Shown here: positions 62,901 to 64,000 of the stretch, in pieces
Position numbering within the stretch: position 1 is the stretch's first letter
Layout of the letters: every line of letters begins with the position of its first letter
Source: Scyliorhinus canicula
Taxonomy: Eukaryota
DNA length: 64,000 bases
NCBI RefSeq assembly: GCF_902713615.1
Contig: NC_052159.1
Location: 4,972,018-5,036,017 of the forward strand
Direction: 5' to 3'
Translations under genes and position numbers: made by a program
Notes under the pieces: model-generated
Databases searched by the model: none
Told to the model about the DNA's origin: nothing
What the model saw: the letters and a program-made list of their open reading frames with translations, nothing else

Positions 62901-63660
62901 CTTACTGGCTTTAGTTGCTTCTTTACTGACCTCTAACTTCCTAATCTGGTTCCCATCCCCCTGCCACATTAGTTTAAAACCTCCCCAACAGTGTTAGCAA
63001 AAGCACCCCCTAGGACATTGGTTCCAGTCCTGCCCAGGTGTAGACCATCCGGTTTGTAATGGTCCCACCACCCCCAGAACTGGTTCCAATGTCCCATAAA
63101 TCTGAACCCCTCCCCTCCTGCACCATCTCTCAAGCCACGTATTCATTCTGACTATTCTTGAATTTCTACTCTGACTGTCCATGGAACTGGTAGAAATCCT
63201 GAGATTACTACTTTTGAGGTCCTACTTTTTAACTTATCTCCTAACTCCCTAAATTCTGATTGTAGGACCTCATCCCTTTTTTTTGAACCTATATCGTTGG
63301 TGCCTATATGCACCACGACAACTGGCTGTTCACCCTCCCCCTTCAGTATGTCCTGCAGCCGATCTGAGACATCCCTGATCCGAGCACCCGGGAGGCAACA
63401 TACCATTCGGGAGTCTCGTTTTCGACCACAGAAACGCCTGTCTCCTCCCCTTACAATTGAATCCCCTATGACTATAGCCCTGCCAGCCTTTTTCCCGCCC
63501 TTCTGTGCAGCAGAGCTAGCCACGGTGCCATGAGCCTGGCTACTACTGCCTTCCCCTGGTGAGACATCTCCCCCAACAGTATCCAAAACAGCATACCTGT
63601 TTCGGAGGGAGATGACCGCAGGGGACACCTGCACTGCCTTCCTGCTCTTTCTCTGCCTTT
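59993..63660 (-). mobile_element. Nearly full-length CR1 LINE: ORF1 SGNH/GDSL esterase domain plus ORF2 EN-RT, frameshifted
   Basis: IVIGDSIVRG and VVHIGTND (ORF1); CICFNARS, GITETWL, GDFNFP, GVPQGSVLGP and KFADDTK; host V-SINE split at TGGATT (~59985 / 63661). Confidence 0.92.
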
Positions 63661-64000
63661 TGGATTGGCCGTGATAAATTGCCACTTAGTGTCCAGGGAT
63701 GTGCAGGTTGGGTTACGGGGACAGGGTGGGGTGAACAGGGGTGTGGACATATGTACAGCACTCATTTGAAGAGCCGTGCTGGTTAGATGGGCCGAATGGT
63801 GCCCTTCTGCACTGTAAGGATTCTGATTGTACGAAAATCCCAGAGGTAGGTCAGTAACTAGAAGGTGATTGGCAAAAGAATCAATCCGGGGACAATGAGG
63901 AAACATGTCCTATTTTCCAATTGATCTCTGGCAAGGCCCAGCATTTTGAGGGTCCCAGCTGCCCTTGGATTGAGGGTCTTGCTGGACCCCAAAGGAGCAT

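Overview
Eukaryotic, repeat-rich vertebrate DNA, most likely from a cartilaginous fish (shark), judged by the HE1/V-SINE and CR1/HER1-type LINE content. Two host genes can be rebuilt by hand. The first is a complete 5-exon LRRC51 on the + strand (ATG 11154 to TGA 34504, 223 aa), driven by a CpG-rich, probably bidirectional promoter at ~10.75-11.56 kb. The second is the last three coding exons of LAMTOR1 on the - strand (55352 to 45933), converging on LRRC51, the same arrangement as the mammalian NUMA1-LRRC51-LAMTOR1 locus. The remainder is nested LINEs (CR1, L1/Tx1, Rex-Babar, L2-like), SINEs, a hAT MITE, a solo LTR and two large minisatellites. The standout observation is a ~135-unit 27-bp minisatellite in LAMTOR1 intron 3. 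Its unit is the 3' end of exon 3 plus its splice donor (GATCGAGCGCGGCAGTACAG|GTGAGGG), so there are well over 100 tandem copies of a strong 5' splice site, and use of any downstream copy would expose an in-frame TGA. Other notable items are a full-length U2-snRNA-derived retroposon with a 15-bp TSD, a 2.3-kb satellite made of NF-kB-like sites, a Kozak-perfect uORF and an RFX X-box at LRRC51, and two locally templated insertions. All family assignments are from motif recognition, with no database search.
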